This document shows positions 26,202-35,961 of a stretch of DNA of 64,000 nucleotides, one piece after another. Location: the NCBI GenBank assembly GCA_964469525.1, contig CAYXYU010000001.1, forward strand, positions 68,508 to 132,507. Reading direction: 5' to 3'. Within the stretch, counting starts at the first letter, position 1. Every line of letters begins with the position of its first letter. Origin of the DNA: an uncultured Rickettsiales bacterium. Its GTDB lineage: Bacteria > Pseudomonadota > Alphaproteobacteria > Rickettsiales > SXRF01. The notes beneath the pieces were generated by a model. It saw nothing but the letters and a program-made list of their open reading frames with translations, made no database searches and was not told the origin of the DNA. Made by a program: the position numbers and the translations under genes.

Positions 26202-27488
26202 ATGTCTGCGGTATTGCCGGTCTACCGGCGTTCCAACATCACCATCACCCGGGGCGAGGGAATGTATCTCATCGCCGCCGACGGCAGGCGCTATCTCGAT
26301 TTTGCCTCCGGCATCGCCGTCAATGCGCTCGGGCATTGCCATCCGCACGTTGTGGCAGCGCTTAAGGAACAGGCCGATACGCTGTGGCACTGTTCCAATT
26401 TGTACCGCATACCGGGACTAGAGCGGCTGGCCGAGCGTCTCGTCGCGGCGAGTTTTGCCGACAAGGTGTTCTTCTGCAATTCCGGCACCGAGGCGGTGGA
26501 GTGCGGGCTGAAGATGGTGAGGAAATACTTTTCTTCTTCTCCTTCCCCACTTGTGGGGGAAGGTGGGATGGGGGGGAACTCTCCACATGCTCAGGCATCG
26601 CGTCCGACGCGCCACCCCTCCCACCTTAATCCTCCCCCACGAGGGGGGAGGAAATATAGAATCATCACCATGGAGGGCGGTTTTCACGGGCGCACGCTGG
26701 CCTGCATCTCCGCCGGCGGCAACGAGGTGGCGCGCAAGGGTTACGAGCCGTTGCTGGACGGTTTCGACCGGGGGGAATTCAATAACCTGAAAGCGGTGGA
26801 AAAAGCGATCACGCCCGAAACCGCCGCCATTCTCGTTGAGCCGATCCAGGGCGAGGGCGGGGTGCGCGTGGCGACGAAGGAATTCCTGCAGGGGCTACGC
26901 CGCCTGTGCGATCAGCATGGTTTATTGCTGTTCCTTGATGAAGTGCAGTGCGGCATGGGCCGCACCGGCGCCCTGTTCGCGCATCAGCAGATGGGTATCG
27001 TGCCCGATATCGTGACGGCGGCCAAAGGCATCGGCAACGGCTTCCCACTGGCGGCATGCCTGACCACCGACAAGGTCGCCGCCGCCATGACGCCCGGCTC
27101 GCACGGCTCGACCTACGGTTCCAACCCGCTGGCGATGGCGGTCGGCAATGCCGTGCTCGACGTCATGCTGACACCGGGCTTTTTCGAGCAGGTTGCCATG
27201 ACGGGTGCACTGCTGGAAAACGGCCTGCAGGGGCTGGCGAAGGATTATCCCCACCTGATTGCCGATGTGCGCGGGGCGGGGCTGATGCTCGGCATCCAGA
27301 TGCGCATCGATCACCGGGATTTCACCGAGCAGCTGCGCGGCGCCGGGCTGTTGACCGCCCCTACCGCGGAAGGCGGCGTCATCCGCATCATTCCGCCGCT
27401 GATCGTCCAGCGGGAACATATCGAAGAGGCGTTGCGCATCCTGCGCGGCGTATGCGAGGCCTATGGCAGGGAGCGTTATGCAAGCTGA
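26202..27488 (+). CDS. argD: acetylornithine aminotransferase carrying a 40-codon repeat-derived in-frame insertion
   Basis: 428 aa. Class III aminotransferase blocks (FCNSGTEAVE, GGFHGRT, LLFLDEVQCGMGRTG, TAAKGIGNGFP). Residues about 111-150 (SSSPSPLVGEGGMGGNSPHAQASRPTRHPSHLNPPPRGGR) are encoded by a palindromic element. Confidence 0.9.
   Translation: MSAVLPVYRRSNITITRGEGMYLIAADGRRYLDFASGIAVNALGHCHPHVVAALKEQADTLWHCSNLYRIPGLERLAERLVAASFADKVFFCNSGTEAVECGLKMVRKYFSSSPSPLVGEGGMGGNSPHAQASRPTRHPSHLNPPPRGGRKYRIITMEGGFHGRTLACISAGGNEVARKGYEPLLDGFDRGEFNNLKAVEKAITPETAAILVEPIQGEGGVRVATKEFLQGLRRLCDQHGLLLFLDEVQCGMGRTGALFAHQQMGIVPDIVTAAKGIGNGFPLAACLTTDKVAAAMTPGSHGSTYGSNPLAMAVGNAVLDVMLTPGFFEQVAMTGALLENGLQGLAKDYPHLIADVRGAGLMLGIQMRIDHRDFTEQLRGAGLLTAPTAEGGVIRIIPPLIVQREHIEEALRILRGVCEAYGRERYAS
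26535..26651. repeat. nested-palindrome element inside the argD reading frame (diverged family member)
   Basis: ccttcccc-acttgtg-ggggaagg, ggtgggatgggggg, spacer, ccacccctcccacc, cctccccc-acga-gggggagg. Same hairpin-arm-spacer-arm-hairpin architecture as 26087-26193. Confidence 0.65.
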
Positions 27489-28422
27489 GCAGGTAAAGGT
27501 GGATTCCTCCGCACCCAACCATTTTCTCGATCTTGCCGCCATCGACGGGGATACGCTGCGCCACATCCTGACCGAGGCGGCGCATCTCAAGGCGGAGCGG
27601 CGGGTCGGGCGGATGCCGCCGCTGCTGGCGGGAAAAAAGCTTGCCATGATCTTCGAGAAGAACTCGACGCGCACCCGCGTGTCGTTCGAGGTGGCGATGA
27701 TGGAACTGGGCGGGCATGCGCTGTGCTTCAACGGTAACGACCTGCAACTGGGCCGCGGCGAAACCGTGGCCGATACGGCGCGGGTGCTGTCGCGCTACGT
27801 CGATGCCATCATGCTGCGTTGCCACAGCCACGACAAGCTTCTCGAACTGGCGGAAAATGCTGATGTGTCGGTCATCAACGGCCTGACCGAATTTAGTCAC
27901 CCCTGCCAGATCATGGCCGATATCCTGACGTTCGAGGAACATCGCGGCTCCATCAGAGGTAAAACCATTGCCTGGATAGGGGACGGCAATAACGTGGCGC
28001 AGAGCTGGATCCAGGCGAGCGCGCTGTTCGGCTGCACGCTCCGGCTGGCCTGCCCGCCGTCACTGAAGCCATTGCCCGAGGTGGTGCAGTGGGCAAAAAA
28101 GCATGGCGGCCATGTGGAAATCATGGAGTCCCCGCAGGAGGCCGTTTCAGGGGTAGACTGCGTTATCACCGACACCTGGGTGTCGATGGGTGACGACCAT
28201 GCGGAGAAGCAGATGAAGCTGCTGGCTCCCTACCAGGTCAACGAGGCGCTGATGGCACACGCGGCTCCAGATGCGCTTTTTCTGCATTGCCTGCCTGCCC
28301 ATCGCGGCCAGGAGGTGACGGAAGGGGTAATCGACGGGCCGCAGTCGGTGGTGTTCGATGAGGCGGAGAACCGCCTGCATGCCCAGAAAGCCATTGTTTT
28401 ATGGTGTCTGGGAGTCATTTAG
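27478..28422 (+). CDS. argF: ornithine carbamoyltransferase
   Basis: ATG at 27478 after AGGGAG (alternative 27463). STRTRVSFE, HPCQ and HCLPAHRGQEV signatures. Overlaps the argD 3' end. Confidence 0.9.
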   Translation: MQAEQVKVDSSAPNHFLDLAAIDGDTLRHILTEAAHLKAERRVGRMPPLLAGKKLAMIFEKNSTRTRVSFEVAMMELGGHALCFNGNDLQLGRGETVADTARVLSRYVDAIMLRCHSHDKLLELAENADVSVINGLTEFSHPCQIMADILTFEEHRGSIRGKTIAWIGDGNNVAQSWIQASALFGCTLRLACPPSLKPLPEVVQWAKKHGGHVEIMESPQEAVSGVDCVITDTWVSMGDDHAEKQMKLLAPYQVNEALMAHAAPDALFLHCLPAHRGQEVTEGVIDGPQSVVFDEAENRLHAQKAIVLWCLGVI

Positions 28423-28488
28423 GCAAGGTTTTAGCCTAGAATCCCCATTCTGAATGTATTATAATGGCTCATAAAAAGAGGCATTACC

Positions 28489-29136
28489 ATGAATCCTATT
28501 GTTGTTATCATAGCGGTTCTTTTTTGCATCCTGATGGTGGCCTTTGGCAATAATCCCATCGAGGAGGCCAAGGAGGAGTATGCCAAGAAAATGGAGGGCA
28601 AGGACCCGCTTATCCACGCCATCGAGGAGCATAACAAGGCGACGCAGTTCCAAGATTTCGGCGTAGGAGATGCACTCAACACGGTGCCTGGCAGCCAGCG
28701 TACATATACCTACTCGCCTAATAATACAGGCTATCAGGATCCTACCGGCGCTCCACCCAACTATCCCGGCTATATGATGCGTGACGGCCAGCCGCAGAAT
28801 TACCAGCAGCCGCAGCTGGTGCCCTCACAGCCGGCACAGCAGCCCCAGAACAACTATTATCCGCCGCCCCCGACTTCTGGTCCGGCTTCGCCGCTGCAGC
28901 CGCAGCAGCAACCGCGCTCGCAGTTCAAAACCCCGGATATCTGGTTACCCACCTTTTCATCCATGCGGGAACTGCCTGTCCTGAGCACTGGCCAGCGCCT
29001 TCACTTCGTCGGCATGAATGTTTACACGTTTGACCGTAATGGTATTCCCATGGTCATGCCGAATGGCAGGTATGCAATGTACAATGGCGCTGTAACGCTG
29101 ATCGTCAAAGATGGAAAAAAAATTATCATAGACTGA
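28489..29136 (+). CDS. hypothetical membrane-anchored protein with P/Q/Y-rich linker
   Basis: 215 aa. N-terminal TM MNPIVVIIAVLFCILMVAF. Low-complexity QPQ/PPP region. Small C-terminal domain. Confidence 0.5.
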   Translation: MNPIVVIIAVLFCILMVAFGNNPIEEAKEEYAKKMEGKDPLIHAIEEHNKATQFQDFGVGDALNTVPGSQRTYTYSPNNTGYQDPTGAPPNYPGYMMRDGQPQNYQQPQLVPSQPAQQPQNNYYPPPPTSGPASPLQPQQQPRSQFKTPDIWLPTFSSMRELPVLSTGQRLHFVGMNVYTFDRNGIPMVMPNGRYAMYNGAVTLIVKDGKKIIID

Positions 29137-29172
29137 TTGCGTCCTGCGGCAGTCTGTAGTAACCCTCTCTTC

Positions 29173-29808
29173 ATGTCCCGCAAGCATATCAAAGAGACCC
29201 GCCGCATTCAGCTGATTGCTGCCAACATGGCCTGTATCGCCCGCTACGGACTGACTGATACCACCATTTCACATGTCTCGAAGGAAGCGGAGATGTCACG
29301 CGGCATCGTCAATTTCTATTTCGAGTCCAAGGAAAAGATGATGCAGGAGACTCTGCGTTTCCTGAACGAGGAATATGGGCAAACCCTGGCGCAATCGGGC
29401 AATACGCCAGAGGCGCTGGTGCGTGGGCATTTTTCCCCGAAGCTGTGCAATGCCCGTCGCCTGGGCGTCTGGGCTGCGTTCGTCGCGCATGCAGCGACTC
29501 ATGCGCCGTACCGCAAACTGTTGGCCACGGCGCGGCAACAGATGCTGGAAGCTTTTGCCAAAGCCGGACGGACGGAGCAGGCGGCCGATATCGCGGCCCT
29601 GATCGAGGGGCTGTGGCTGGAGTTCCTGCTGGCGCCGGAAGGGCAGAAGCGGGAGGCGTTGGTCGAGCGCTGTCTGGCGTTCCTGGAACTAAAACCAACC
29701 TTGAAGCTGGCCGCGCAGACGGTAAAACCGGTCAAATCGGGTAAAAAAACGGCAGATGAGCAGCCTTCGCTGCTGGATTTCGGCGATCTATTCGCAAAAA
29801 AGGCCTGA
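29173..29808 (+). CDS. TetR family transcriptional regulator
   Basis: ATG at 29173 (the tracked TTG at 29137 is less likely). HTH block IAANMACIARYGLTDTTISHVSKEAEMSRGIVNFYFESKE. Confidence 0.75.
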   Translation: MSRKHIKETRRIQLIAANMACIARYGLTDTTISHVSKEAEMSRGIVNFYFESKEKMMQETLRFLNEEYGQTLAQSGNTPEALVRGHFSPKLCNARRLGVWAAFVAHAATHAPYRKLLATARQQMLEAFAKAGRTEQAADIAALIEGLWLEFLLAPEGQKREALVERCLAFLELKPTLKLAAQTVKPVKSGKKTADEQPSLLDFGDLFAKKA

Positions 29809-29862
29809 CATTCAGCCTTAAAGCCTGTTAAACTCCGGATTTCTGAATCTTCTGACTACAGC

Positions 29863-31767
29863 GTGGCGCGCGTGATCGACACCCCCTTACTTGACAACGT
29901 TCAGGAACCCAAGGACCTGCACGAGATGAGCCTCGAGCAGCTTGAGCAGCTCGCCGTCGAGCTGCGTGCCGAAACGATCGATGCCGTGTCGGAGACCGGG
30001 GGGCATCTTGGTGCGGGGCTCGGCGTGGTCGAACTCACCGTGGCGCTGCATCACGTATTCGATACGCCAAGGGATATCCTGATCTGGGACGTCGGCCATC
30101 AGTCCTACCCGCATAAAATTCTCACCGGTCGGCGCGAGCGCATCCGCACCCTGCGCAAGCCAAGCGGGCTGTCCGGTTTCTGCAAGCGCAGCGAAAGCCC
30201 GTATGACGTGTTCGGCGCCGGGCACAGCTCGACCTCGATTTCTGCTGCGCTCGGCATGGCGGTGGCGCGCGACCTCTCTGGCGGCGATAACGAAGTGGTG
30301 GCCGTCATCGGCGACGGGGCGATGAGCGCCGGTATGGCGTTCGAGGCTCTTAACAATGCTGGCAGCCTGGGCTCACGGCTGATTGTGGTGCTTAACGACA
30401 ACGACATGTCGATCGCGCCGCCGACCGGCGCCATGAGCGCTTACCTGGCGCGGCTGATTTCCTCGCGCCCTTATCACAAGCTGCGCGACATCGGCAAGAT
30501 GGTCGCCGAGAAATTCCCCGAGCCTTTGGCACGCCTGATGCGCAAGGCGGAGCATTTCGCGCGCGATTTCGCGGTAGGCGGCACGCTGTTCGAGCAAATG
30601 GGGTTTTATTATGTCGGCCCGGTGGACGGGCATAACCTGGCGCACCTGCTGCCCGTGCTGAAAAATATCAAGAACGAAAAGGATTCCGGCCCTATCCTGC
30701 TGCATGTCGTAACCCGCAAAGGCCATGGTTATGCGCCCGCCGAAGCCTCACCGGATAAGTTCCATGGCGTCAGCAGGTTCGATGTCGAGACTGGCACGCA
30801 GAAGAAATCGGCCGCGAGGGCGCCGAGTTATACCAAGGTATTTGCGCAGAGCCTGATCAAAGAGGCGCAGAAGGATAGCAAGGTTGTTGCCATCACCGCT
30901 GCCATGCCATCGGGCACCGGTTTGGATCTGTTCGAGAAGGAATTTCCCGACCGCTGCTTCGATGTCGGCATTGCCGAGCAACATGCGGTGACGTTTGCTG
31001 CCGGGCTGGCGACGCAAGGTTATAAGCCGTTCTGCGCGATTTACTCGACCTTCCTGCAGCGTGCTTACGATCAGGTGGTGCATGATGTTGCCATTCAGAA
31101 CCTGCCGGTGCGCTTCGCCATCGATCGCGCCGGGCTGGTCGGCGCCGACGGGCCTACGCACGCCGGATCGTTCGACGTCACCTACCTGGCGACGTTGCCG
31201 AATGTCGTCGTCATGGCTGCCGCGGATGAGGCAGAGCTGGTGCATATGGTCGCCACCGCTGCCGCTTACGATAAAGGACCTATCGCCTTCCGTTATCCGC
31301 GCGGAGAAGGGGTTGGTGTGGCGCTACCGGAGCAGGGTGTTCCACTGGAAGTAGGAAAAGGTCGTATTATGCGCGAAGGCAGCCGCGTGGCGCTGCTGTC
31401 GCTGGGCACACGGCTGGCAGAATGCATGAAAGCGGCTGGAGAGCTGGGCGCGACAGTGGCCGATGCCCGCTTCGCCAAGCCGCTCGACGAGGCGCTGATC
31501 CGCCAGCTGCTGAAAGATCATGAGCTGGTGGTGACGGTGGAGGAAGGTTCCGCCGGCGGCTTCGGGGCGCATGTTCTGAGCTTTGCCGCGCAGGCCGGGC
31601 TGCTGGAAAAAGGCAAGATGTTGCCTTTGTTCCTGCCCGACCGCTTCATTGAGCATAACACGCCAGAAGCGCAATATGACGAGGCGGGTCTCAATGCTGC
31701 GCAGATCATACGCGCCGTCAACGAGCGGCTGGGCAACAAGCCCGTGCTGGTGAAGCGCCGTGGCTAA
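29863..31767 (+). CDS. dxs: 1-deoxy-D-xylulose-5-phosphate synthase
   Basis: 634 aa, GTG start. [28 protein letters not shown] and transketolase-like C-terminal domains. Confidence 0.95.
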   Translation: MARVIDTPLLDNVQEPKDLHEMSLEQLEQLAVELRAETIDAVSETGGHLGAGLGVVELTVALHHVFDTPRDILIWDVGHQSYPHKILTGRRERIRTLRKPSGLSGFCKRSESPYDVFGAGHSSTSISAALGMAVARDLSGGDNEVVAVIGDGAMSAGMAFEALNNAGSLGSRLIVVLNDNDMSIAPPTGAMSAYLARLISSRPYHKLRDIGKMVAEKFPEPLARLMRKAEHFARDFAVGGTLFEQMGFYYVGPVDGHNLAHLLPVLKNIKNEKDSGPILLHVVTRKGHGYAPAEASPDKFHGVSRFDVETGTQKKSAARAPSYTKVFAQSLIKEAQKDSKVVAITAAMPSGTGLDLFEKEFPDRCFDVGIAEQHAVTFAAGLATQGYKPFCAIYSTFLQRAYDQVVHDVAIQNLPVRFAIDRAGLVGADGPTHAGSFDVTYLATLPNVVVMAAADEAELVHMVATAAAYDKGPIAFRYPRGEGVGVALPEQGVPLEVGKGRIMREGSRVALLSLGTRLAECMKAAGELGATVADARFAKPLDEALIRQLLKDHELVVTVEEGSAGGFGAHVLSFAAQAGLLEKGKMLPLFLPDRFIEHNTPEAQYDEAGLNAAQIIRAVNERLGNKPVLVKRRG

Positions 31768-32263
31768 GACCGTCACGGTCATCGGGAATCAGTTATCCTT
31801 TGGAGGAAAAACCTATCGCTGCGCCATCGGTAAGGCCGGGTTTTCTGCTTCCAAGAAGGAGGGCGACCATTGCACGCCGCTGGGAACCTTTCCCTTAAGG
31901 GAATGCTGGTATCGCCCTGACCGGCTGGATGCGCCCAAGACCGGTCTGCCGCTGAAAATCATTCATGAGGATGACGGCTGGTGTGACGATCCGAAGCACC
32001 CCGAGTATAATAGGCAGGTGAAACTGCCGCAGGCATTTTCGCATGAGCGACTGTGGCGTGATGACCGCCGCTACGATCTCATCGTGCCGTTAGGGTATAA
32101 TGACGATCCGGCAGTGCCCGGGAAGGGCAGCGCCATTTTCCTACATGTGGCGGCGCCGGGTTACAGCGGCACGGAAGGTTGTGTGGCACTGAAGCGCGAG
32201 GATTTGCTGGAAGTGCTGGCACTCTGCGATACGGGAACAGTGATGACTATACAGAGTAAGTAA
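31760..32263 (+). CDS. L,D-transpeptidase family (YkuD-like) protein
   Basis: 167 aa. GSAIFLHVA...GTEGCVAL contains the His...Gly-Cys catalytic pattern. Overlaps the dxs 3' end by 8 nt. Confidence 0.7.
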   Translation: MAKTVTVIGNQLSFGGKTYRCAIGKAGFSASKKEGDHCTPLGTFPLRECWYRPDRLDAPKTGLPLKIIHEDDGWCDDPKHPEYNRQVKLPQAFSHERLWRDDRRYDLIVPLGYNDDPAVPGKGSAIFLHVAAPGYSGTEGCVALKREDLLEVLALCDTGTVMTIQSK

Positions 32264-32428
32264 TGGTCATGGCGTGGATTCTGTAGGAATCCTAAGGCCC
32301 TCCAGTATATTAATAAAACTGGATCCCCCTGGAATTGCTTCGCGATTTGGGGAATGACGGGGATTTTTCCTTGCAGTCAGGCCCTGACATCGCTAGTTTC
32401 CGGCCTGATCAACCGGAAAGGAAACCCC

Positions 32429-33745
32429 ATGGGAACGCAGGTAAAAACCGTTATGACCGCACAGGATTACAAAGTCGCCGATATCAAGCTCGCCGAATGG
32501 GGCCGCAACGAGATTTCGCTTGCCGAGACCGAGATGCCCGGCCTGATGGCGCTGCGCGAGGAGTTCGACAAGTCGCAGCCGCTCAAAGGCGCGCGCATCG
32601 CCGGTTGCCTGCATATGACCGTGCAGACGGCGGTGCTGATCGAGACGCTGACGGCGCTCGGCGCGGAAGTGCGCTGGTCGAGCTGCAATATCTTCTCGAC
32701 GCAGGACCAGGCGGCGGCAGCCATCGCCGCTACCGGCGTGCCAGTCTTCGCCTGGAAGGGTGAGACAGATGAGGAATATGACTGGTGCATCGAGCAGACC
32801 ATTAAAGGCCCCAACGGCTGGACGCCCAACATGATTCTCGATGACGGCGGGGATCTCACCAAGATCATGCATGAGAAATACCCGGAAGTGATGAAGAATG
32901 TGAAAGGCATCTCCGAAGAGACGACCACCGGCGTGCATCGTCTGCATGACATGGCGAAGGCCGGAACGCTCAAAGTGCCAGCCATCGACGTCAATAACTC
33001 GGTCACCAAATCGAAGTTCGACAATCTTTACGGCTGCCGCGAATCGCTGCCCGACGGCCTGAAACGCGCCACTGACATTATGCTGGCGGGTAAGATTGCC
33101 GTGGTGAATGGTTTCGGCGATGTCGGCAAGGGCTGCGCGGCGAGTCTGAAAGGACAGGGCGCGCGCGTCGTCGTCACTGAGATCGACCCGATCTGTGCGC
33201 TGCAGGCGGCGATGGAAGGTTACGAGGTGACGACGATGGACGACGTGGCTGACAAAGGTGACATCTTCGTCACCGCCACCGGCAACATTGACGTCATCAC
33301 GCTCGAGCATATGCGGAAAATGAAAGACCGCGCCATCGTCTGCAATATCGGGCATTTCGACAGCGAGATCCAGGTGGCGGCGCTGCGCAACATGACATGG
33401 AAGGAAATCAAGCCCCAGGTCGACGAAATCACCTTTCCCGATGGTAAGCGCATCATTCTGCTGGCCAAGGGCAGGCTGGTCAATCTTGGCTGCGCCACCG
33501 GACATCCCAGTTTCGTGATGAGCACCAGTTTCTCCAACCAGGTGCTGGCGCAGATCGAGCTGTGGAAGAATCATGCGAAATACGGGAACAAAGTCTATGT
33601 ACTGCCCAAGCATCTCGACGAGAAAGTGGCGGCTTTGCATCTGTCAAAGCTTGGCGTCAAGCTCACGCATCTTACGAAGGAGCAGGCAAAGTATATCGGC
33701 ACCGATGTCAATGGACCCTTTAAGCCGGACGCATACCGGTATTAG
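32429..33745 (+). CDS. ahcY: adenosylhomocysteinase
   Basis: ATG at 32429 after [42 protein letters not shown]...[10 protein letters not shown]...HFDSEI...HPSFVMS. Tracked start 32354 is probably too early. Confidence 0.95.
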   Translation: MGTQVKTVMTAQDYKVADIKLAEWGRNEISLAETEMPGLMALREEFDKSQPLKGARIAGCLHMTVQTAVLIETLTALGAEVRWSSCNIFSTQDQAAAAIAATGVPVFAWKGETDEEYDWCIEQTIKGPNGWTPNMILDDGGDLTKIMHEKYPEVMKNVKGISEETTTGVHRLHDMAKAGTLKVPAIDVNNSVTKSKFDNLYGCRESLPDGLKRATDIMLAGKIAVVNGFGDVGKGCAASLKGQGARVVVTEIDPICALQAAMEGYEVTTMDDVADKGDIFVTATGNIDVITLEHMRKMKDRAIVCNIGHFDSEIQVAALRNMTWKEIKPQVDEITFPDGKRIILLAKGRLVNLGCATGHPSFVMSTSFSNQVLAQIELWKNHAKYGNKVYVLPKHLDEKVAALHLSKLGVKLTHLTKEQAKYIGTDVNGPFKPDAYRY

Positions 33746-33750
33746 TTTCT

Positions 33751-33878
33751 GTCATCCTGAGTCCCCGCCTGCGTGGGGATAAACTCCGCGAAGCGGAGTC
33801 AAAGGATATTTTCTGCTTGCTCGGAGAACAGATCCTTCGACTCCGTTCGGACTGCGTCCTCACTTTGCTCAGGATGAC
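33751..33878. repeat. 128-bp MITE-like element with 11-bp perfect terminal inverted repeats
   Basis: gtcatcctgag (33751-33761) and ctcaggatgac (33868-33878). Internal hairpins tccccgcctgcgtgggga and actccgcgaagcggagt. Starts 6 nt after the ahcY stop. Confidence 0.6.
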
Positions 33879-33945
33879 AATAAACCTCATGACAGCATCT
33901 CGCATTTGGATTATGACCAATGCAGGAGGTGGTTGACCGGGCGTT

Positions 33946-35961
33946 ATGGACGTTACATCCCTGCTTTTCCTGTTGCTGGCCGTGCTGATGGGAGCGCTGT
34001 GGTGGCGTGAACGGTCGAAGCGCCTTGCCACCGCGGCAATGCAGCCTCATACCCATAGTATCGAGAAGCTCAAGAATGAGCTGAAAAACGTCTCCACTAT
34101 CATCAATATGGCGCCTTTCCCGGTCTGGCAGCGCGACGGAAACCTGAGCATCCGCTTCTACAATCTGTCCTACGGTGAAGCGGTAGAAGAGGTGGCGGAT
34201 CGGGCCGAGGGAGCGGAGGTTCCCGAGATGGACAAGAAGGTCCGGGGACTGGCGAAACAGGCATTGGAAACGGGGAAACCAATGAGCGAGCGCCAGCACA
34301 TCGTGGTCGGCGGCGGTGCGCGCAAGCTCTACCAGATCACCGAACTGCCGATTCCAGAAGAAAAAATTACGGTGGGCTTTGCCATCGACATTTCGGAGAT
34401 CGAGGCGCTGAAGGAGGAGCTGGCGCGGCATGTCTCGGCGCAGGACGACCTGCTGGAAAGTTCAGCGTCGGCGATGGCCATCTATGGCGCCGACATGCGG
34501 CTCAAGTTTTTCAACAACGCCTTCGTTGCGCTGTGGAAGCTCGATGAGCTATGGCTTGATACGCAGCCGACCTATGGGGAAATCCTCGAGCAGCTGCGCG
34601 AGAAGCGCAAGCTGCCGGAGCAGGCCAATTTCCAGATGTTCAAGCAGCAGCAGATCAAGTTGTTTACCGACCTGATTGAGCCGCGCGAGGAATTCTTCTA
34701 CCTGCCTGACGGACGCTCTTTACGCGTCATCGCCATTCCGCATGCGCTTGGCGGTATATTGTTTGCCTATGAAGACGTCACTGATCGACTGGCGCTCGAG
34801 CGTTCCTACAACACGCTGATCGCCGTGCAGCGCGAGACGCTCGATAACCTGCATGAGGGGGTGGCGGTGTTCGGCGAGGACGGGCGCCTGAAACTTTCCA
34901 ACCCTGGCTATCTCAGCTTGTGGCACATCGATGAGGAAACGGCGCGCGCCGAGCCGCATGTCGGGGAACTCGTAGAAAAATGCAAGCCGCTATACCTTTA
35001 TGAGAACTGGGAGAACTTCAAGCAGCAGCACGTTCGCGCTATGCAGACGCGGAGCTTTATGTCGGAGCAGATGGAACGCAGCGACGGCAAGGTGATCGAC
35101 TGGCGCAAGATCCCGCTGCCGGACGGCGCAACGCTGATGACGTATCTCGATATTACCGACTCGACGCTGGTCGAACGCTCACTGCGTGAGCGCAATGAGG
35201 CGCTGCAGGAAGCCGACCGGCTCAAGAGTGAGTTCCTGGCCAACGTGTCATACGAGCTGCGCTCGCCCCTCACTTCGATTTCGGGTTTCTCGGAGATGCT
35301 GAAGCAGGAATATTTCGGGAGTCTCAGCGATAAGCAGAAGGAATATGTCGACGGCATCCACCAGTCTTCGCAGCGACTGATGCAGCTGATCAACGATATT
35401 CTCGACCTGGCGAGCATCGAAGCGGGCTACATGCGCCTGGAAGTCAGCAAGTTCGATATACACGCGATGATGAAATCAGTGCTGTCGCTGATCCAGGAGC
35501 GCGCCAGGGAATACAATCTCAAGGTAGAGTTCGAATGTCCGGCAAAAATCGGCAAGATGACCGCCGACGAGACCCGCATCAAGCAGATACTCTTCAACCT
35601 GCTCTCCAATGCCATCAAATATTCCGATGCCGGCGCTACCGTCACGCTGGGTGCCAGGGAGGCTGAGAGGGATCAGATCGTGTTATGGGTGGAAGACCAG
35701 GGGAAGGGTATTCTGCCCGAAGAGCAGGAAGCCGTTTTCGACAAGTTCTATAAGGGCCGCAACCAGGAGGCTACGCGTGGCAAAGGCGGGCAGCGCTCAG
35801 GCACTGGCCTCGGTCTTTCCATCGTTAAAAGCTTCATCGAACTGCACGGTGGTCATGTCGAGTTGCATTCTGAGCCGGGCAAAGGCTCGCGCTTCGAGTG
35901 CCGATTGCAAAGGCATAACCCGGAGATGCAGCAGTATCTTAAACCGAAGAAAGCGGCGTGA
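33946..35961 (+). CDS. divL: DivL-like PAS sensor kinase with Tyr replacing the phospho-accepting His
   Basis: 671 aa. N-terminal TM, PAS-like repeats. DHp box FLANVSYELRSPLTSISGFSEML (TAC at 35251-35253). Complete HATPase_c region (NLLSNAIKYS...DQGKGI...GTGLGLSIV). Confidence 0.7.
   Translation: MDVTSLLFLLLAVLMGALWWRERSKRLATAAMQPHTHSIEKLKNELKNVSTIINMAPFPVWQRDGNLSIRFYNLSYGEAVEEVADRAEGAEVPEMDKKVRGLAKQALETGKPMSERQHIVVGGGARKLYQITELPIPEEKITVGFAIDISEIEALKEELARHVSAQDDLLESSASAMAIYGADMRLKFFNNAFVALWKLDELWLDTQPTYGEILEQLREKRKLPEQANFQMFKQQQIKLFTDLIEPREEFFYLPDGRSLRVIAIPHALGGILFAYEDVTDRLALERSYNTLIAVQRETLDNLHEGVAVFGEDGRLKLSNPGYLSLWHIDEETARAEPHVGELVEKCKPLYLYENWENFKQQHVRAMQTRSFMSEQMERSDGKVIDWRKIPLPDGATLMTYLDITDSTLVERSLRERNEALQEADRLKSEFLANVSYELRSPLTSISGFSEMLKQEYFGSLSDKQKEYVDGIHQSSQRLMQLINDILDLASIEAGYMRLEVSKFDIHAMMKSVLSLIQERAREYNLKVEFECPAKIGKMTADETRIKQILFNLLSNAIKYSDAGATVTLGAREAERDQIVLWVEDQGKGILPEEQEAVFDKFYKGRNQEATRGKGGQRSGTGLGLSIVKSFIELHGGHVELHSEPGKGSRFECRLQRHNPEMQQYLKPKKAA

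Noticed and set aside
26128-26421. ORFs encoding PSPLPHAGEGG-type peptides around the argD start
   Set aside because: They are translations of the nested-palindrome repeat and of out-of-frame argD sequence.
32264-32428. SAH riboswitch upstream of ahcY
   Set aside because: I could not find the conserved SAH-riboswitch core. There is only a simple hairpin (ttccgg-cctgatcaa-ccggaa) next to the RBS. An Rfam scan would settle it.
32393-33640. 415-aa ORF on the minus strand
   Set aside because: It is antisense to ahcY, whose identity is unambiguous. It is a GC-rich shadow frame with no recognisable domains.
33799-34431. 210-aa minus-strand ORF
   Set aside because: It overlaps the 5' end of the DivL-like kinase gene and runs into the MITE-like element. 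It has no motifs, and the kinase frame is clearly the coding one.
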